Source of the DNA: Carcharhinus longimanus
Taxonomy: Eukaryota
Length of the DNA stretch: 64,000 nucleotides
Assembly: GCA_030264375.1 (NCBI GenBank)
Contig: JASCQW010000132.1
Span: forward strand, 91,286,341-91,350,340
Direction: 5' to 3'
The notes under the pieces are model-generated. The model did not search any database. It was not told the origin of the DNA and worked only from the letters and a program-made list of their open reading frames with translations. A program made the translations under genes and the position numbers. This document shows positions 62,979 to 64,000 of this stretch, piece after piece (the first letter of the stretch is position 1; the number at the start of each line of letters is the position of its first letter).

Positions 62979-63200
62979 TCATCTCATTATGATGAGATTG
63001 TGACATACCACAAATCTTGACACATGCTGAGCTGAGTTCTGCAGGGTTCCCCCACAGCGAACCAGGCAAAGTTGCTGTTTCAGGATGCCAATGGTCTGCA
63101 TTAAGACATTTTGTGTGGCAGCATGGCTTTCATTATATGTATACCGAGAAAGCATAAGTGATTTGTGCACTAGAGTCAGATAACCCTCTTGCCAAGTAGC
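62979..63200 (-). mobile_element. PIF/Harbinger transposase C-terminal remnant (HARBI1-like)
   Basis: YNESHAATQNVLMQTIGILKQQ.CL.R.GGTLQ.S...VSRFVVCHNL resembles the Harbinger YNxxHxxTRxxIExxxGxLKxRFRCL..GGxLQY..CCxLHN motif. The catalytic E is lost. Confidence 0.75.
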
Positions 63201-63477
63201 TACCTTTTGTTTTGCCAGAAGAACCGAAGTCTAGCTGCCTGATTCTTTCTGGCAAGACAAATTGATATGTAGTCGTCTCTCACTGAGCAGAAAACCTTAG
63301 TGACCTCTCTTATTCAGCAGTGGAAAGCAAATTGGGAGATATGGAAATACCTGCTGCCCAGACTGAGAGGAGATGTTAAAAGTTCATTCCTATGGGTCAC
63401 CTTCACAGTCACTAGCAATGCGGATCTTGTCCAATTTGGAGGTTGAGTTGTGGCTAAAACAGGTGGCTATAATTAAT

Positions 63478-64000
63478 TTTTATTCATTTGCTCATGGGAT
63501 TTGAACGTTGGTGACAAGGCCAGCATTTATTGTCCATAACTAATTGCCATTGAGAAGGTGATGGTGAGCTGCCTTCTTGAATCGCTGCAGTCAGTCTGGT
63601 CTAGATGCACCCATATTGCAGTTAGGCAGGCAGTTCCAGGTGACCCAATGACATGAAAGAACAGAGATATAATTTCAAGTCAGGGTGATGTGTGACTTGA
63701 AGGGAAACATACAGGTGGTAGGGTGCCCATTGATCTTCTCTTCCTTTGTTCTTAAAGGTGGTAGAGGTCATGGGTTTGGAAGGTGCTGTTGAAGAAGCTT
63801 GGGCTAGTATCTGCCATGAATTTTGTATATGATACACATTGCTGCCGTTATGTGCCAATGTTAGATGGAGTGATTGAGGTGCCAATCCAAGGGGGCTGCT
63901 TTGTCCTGGATGCTATTGAGCTTTTTGAGTATTGTTAGAAACTGCATTCATCCAGACAAATGGATAGCATTCCATCACACTCCTGGTCTATGCCTTGTAG
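63478..64000 (-). mobile_element. LINE 3' fragment (second CR1-group family), running off the window end
   Basis: TTATTCATTTGCTCATGGGATTTG...GGCCAGCATTTATTGTCCAT...GAGAAGGTGATGGTGAGCTGCCTTCTTGAA is the reverse complement of the family tail. It aligns with 42545-43090. Confidence 0.75.

Noticed and set aside
14122-64000. Next upstream CREB5 exon (expected to end in ...SEAKM)
   Set aside because: Not found by eye. It could lie in a gap or beyond the window, so it is not annotated.

Overview
Vertebrate genomic DNA from a cartilaginous fish (shark), inferred from abundant HE1-type V-SINEs, Deu-domain SINEs and elasmobranch-type CR1 LINE tails. It is a gappy draft assembly with many N runs. Three consecutive internal coding exons of CREB5 (ATF2/ATF7/CREB5 bZIP family) lie on the minus strand, all with canonical AG/GT splice sites and compatible phases: 14121-13807 (His/Gln-rich), 8516-8289 (basic region and start of the zipper) and 3028-2920 (end of the zipper). 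I could not find the terminal exon or the next upstream exon, so 14122-64000 is probably part of one very large intron (inference). Much of the rest is decayed transposable elements: SINEs, CR1/L2/Rex1 LINE pieces, a Gypsy gag-pro-RT remnant, a Harbinger transposase remnant, MITE/foldback elements and Penelope-like palindromes. The most unusual item is a ~310-bp element at 47644-47953. It has a perfect U2 snRNA 5' head (nt 1-39), a second internal U2 stem-loop I copy, tandem hairpins and an A-rich tail, making it a candidate snRNA-headed SINE (SINEU-like) in a shark. Other oddities are a locally templated chimeric insertion near 41.35 kb, a ~700-bp foldback at 21 kb and degenerate hammerhead-like cores. 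TE family names come from recalled consensus motifs, not database searches, and TE boundaries are approximate.
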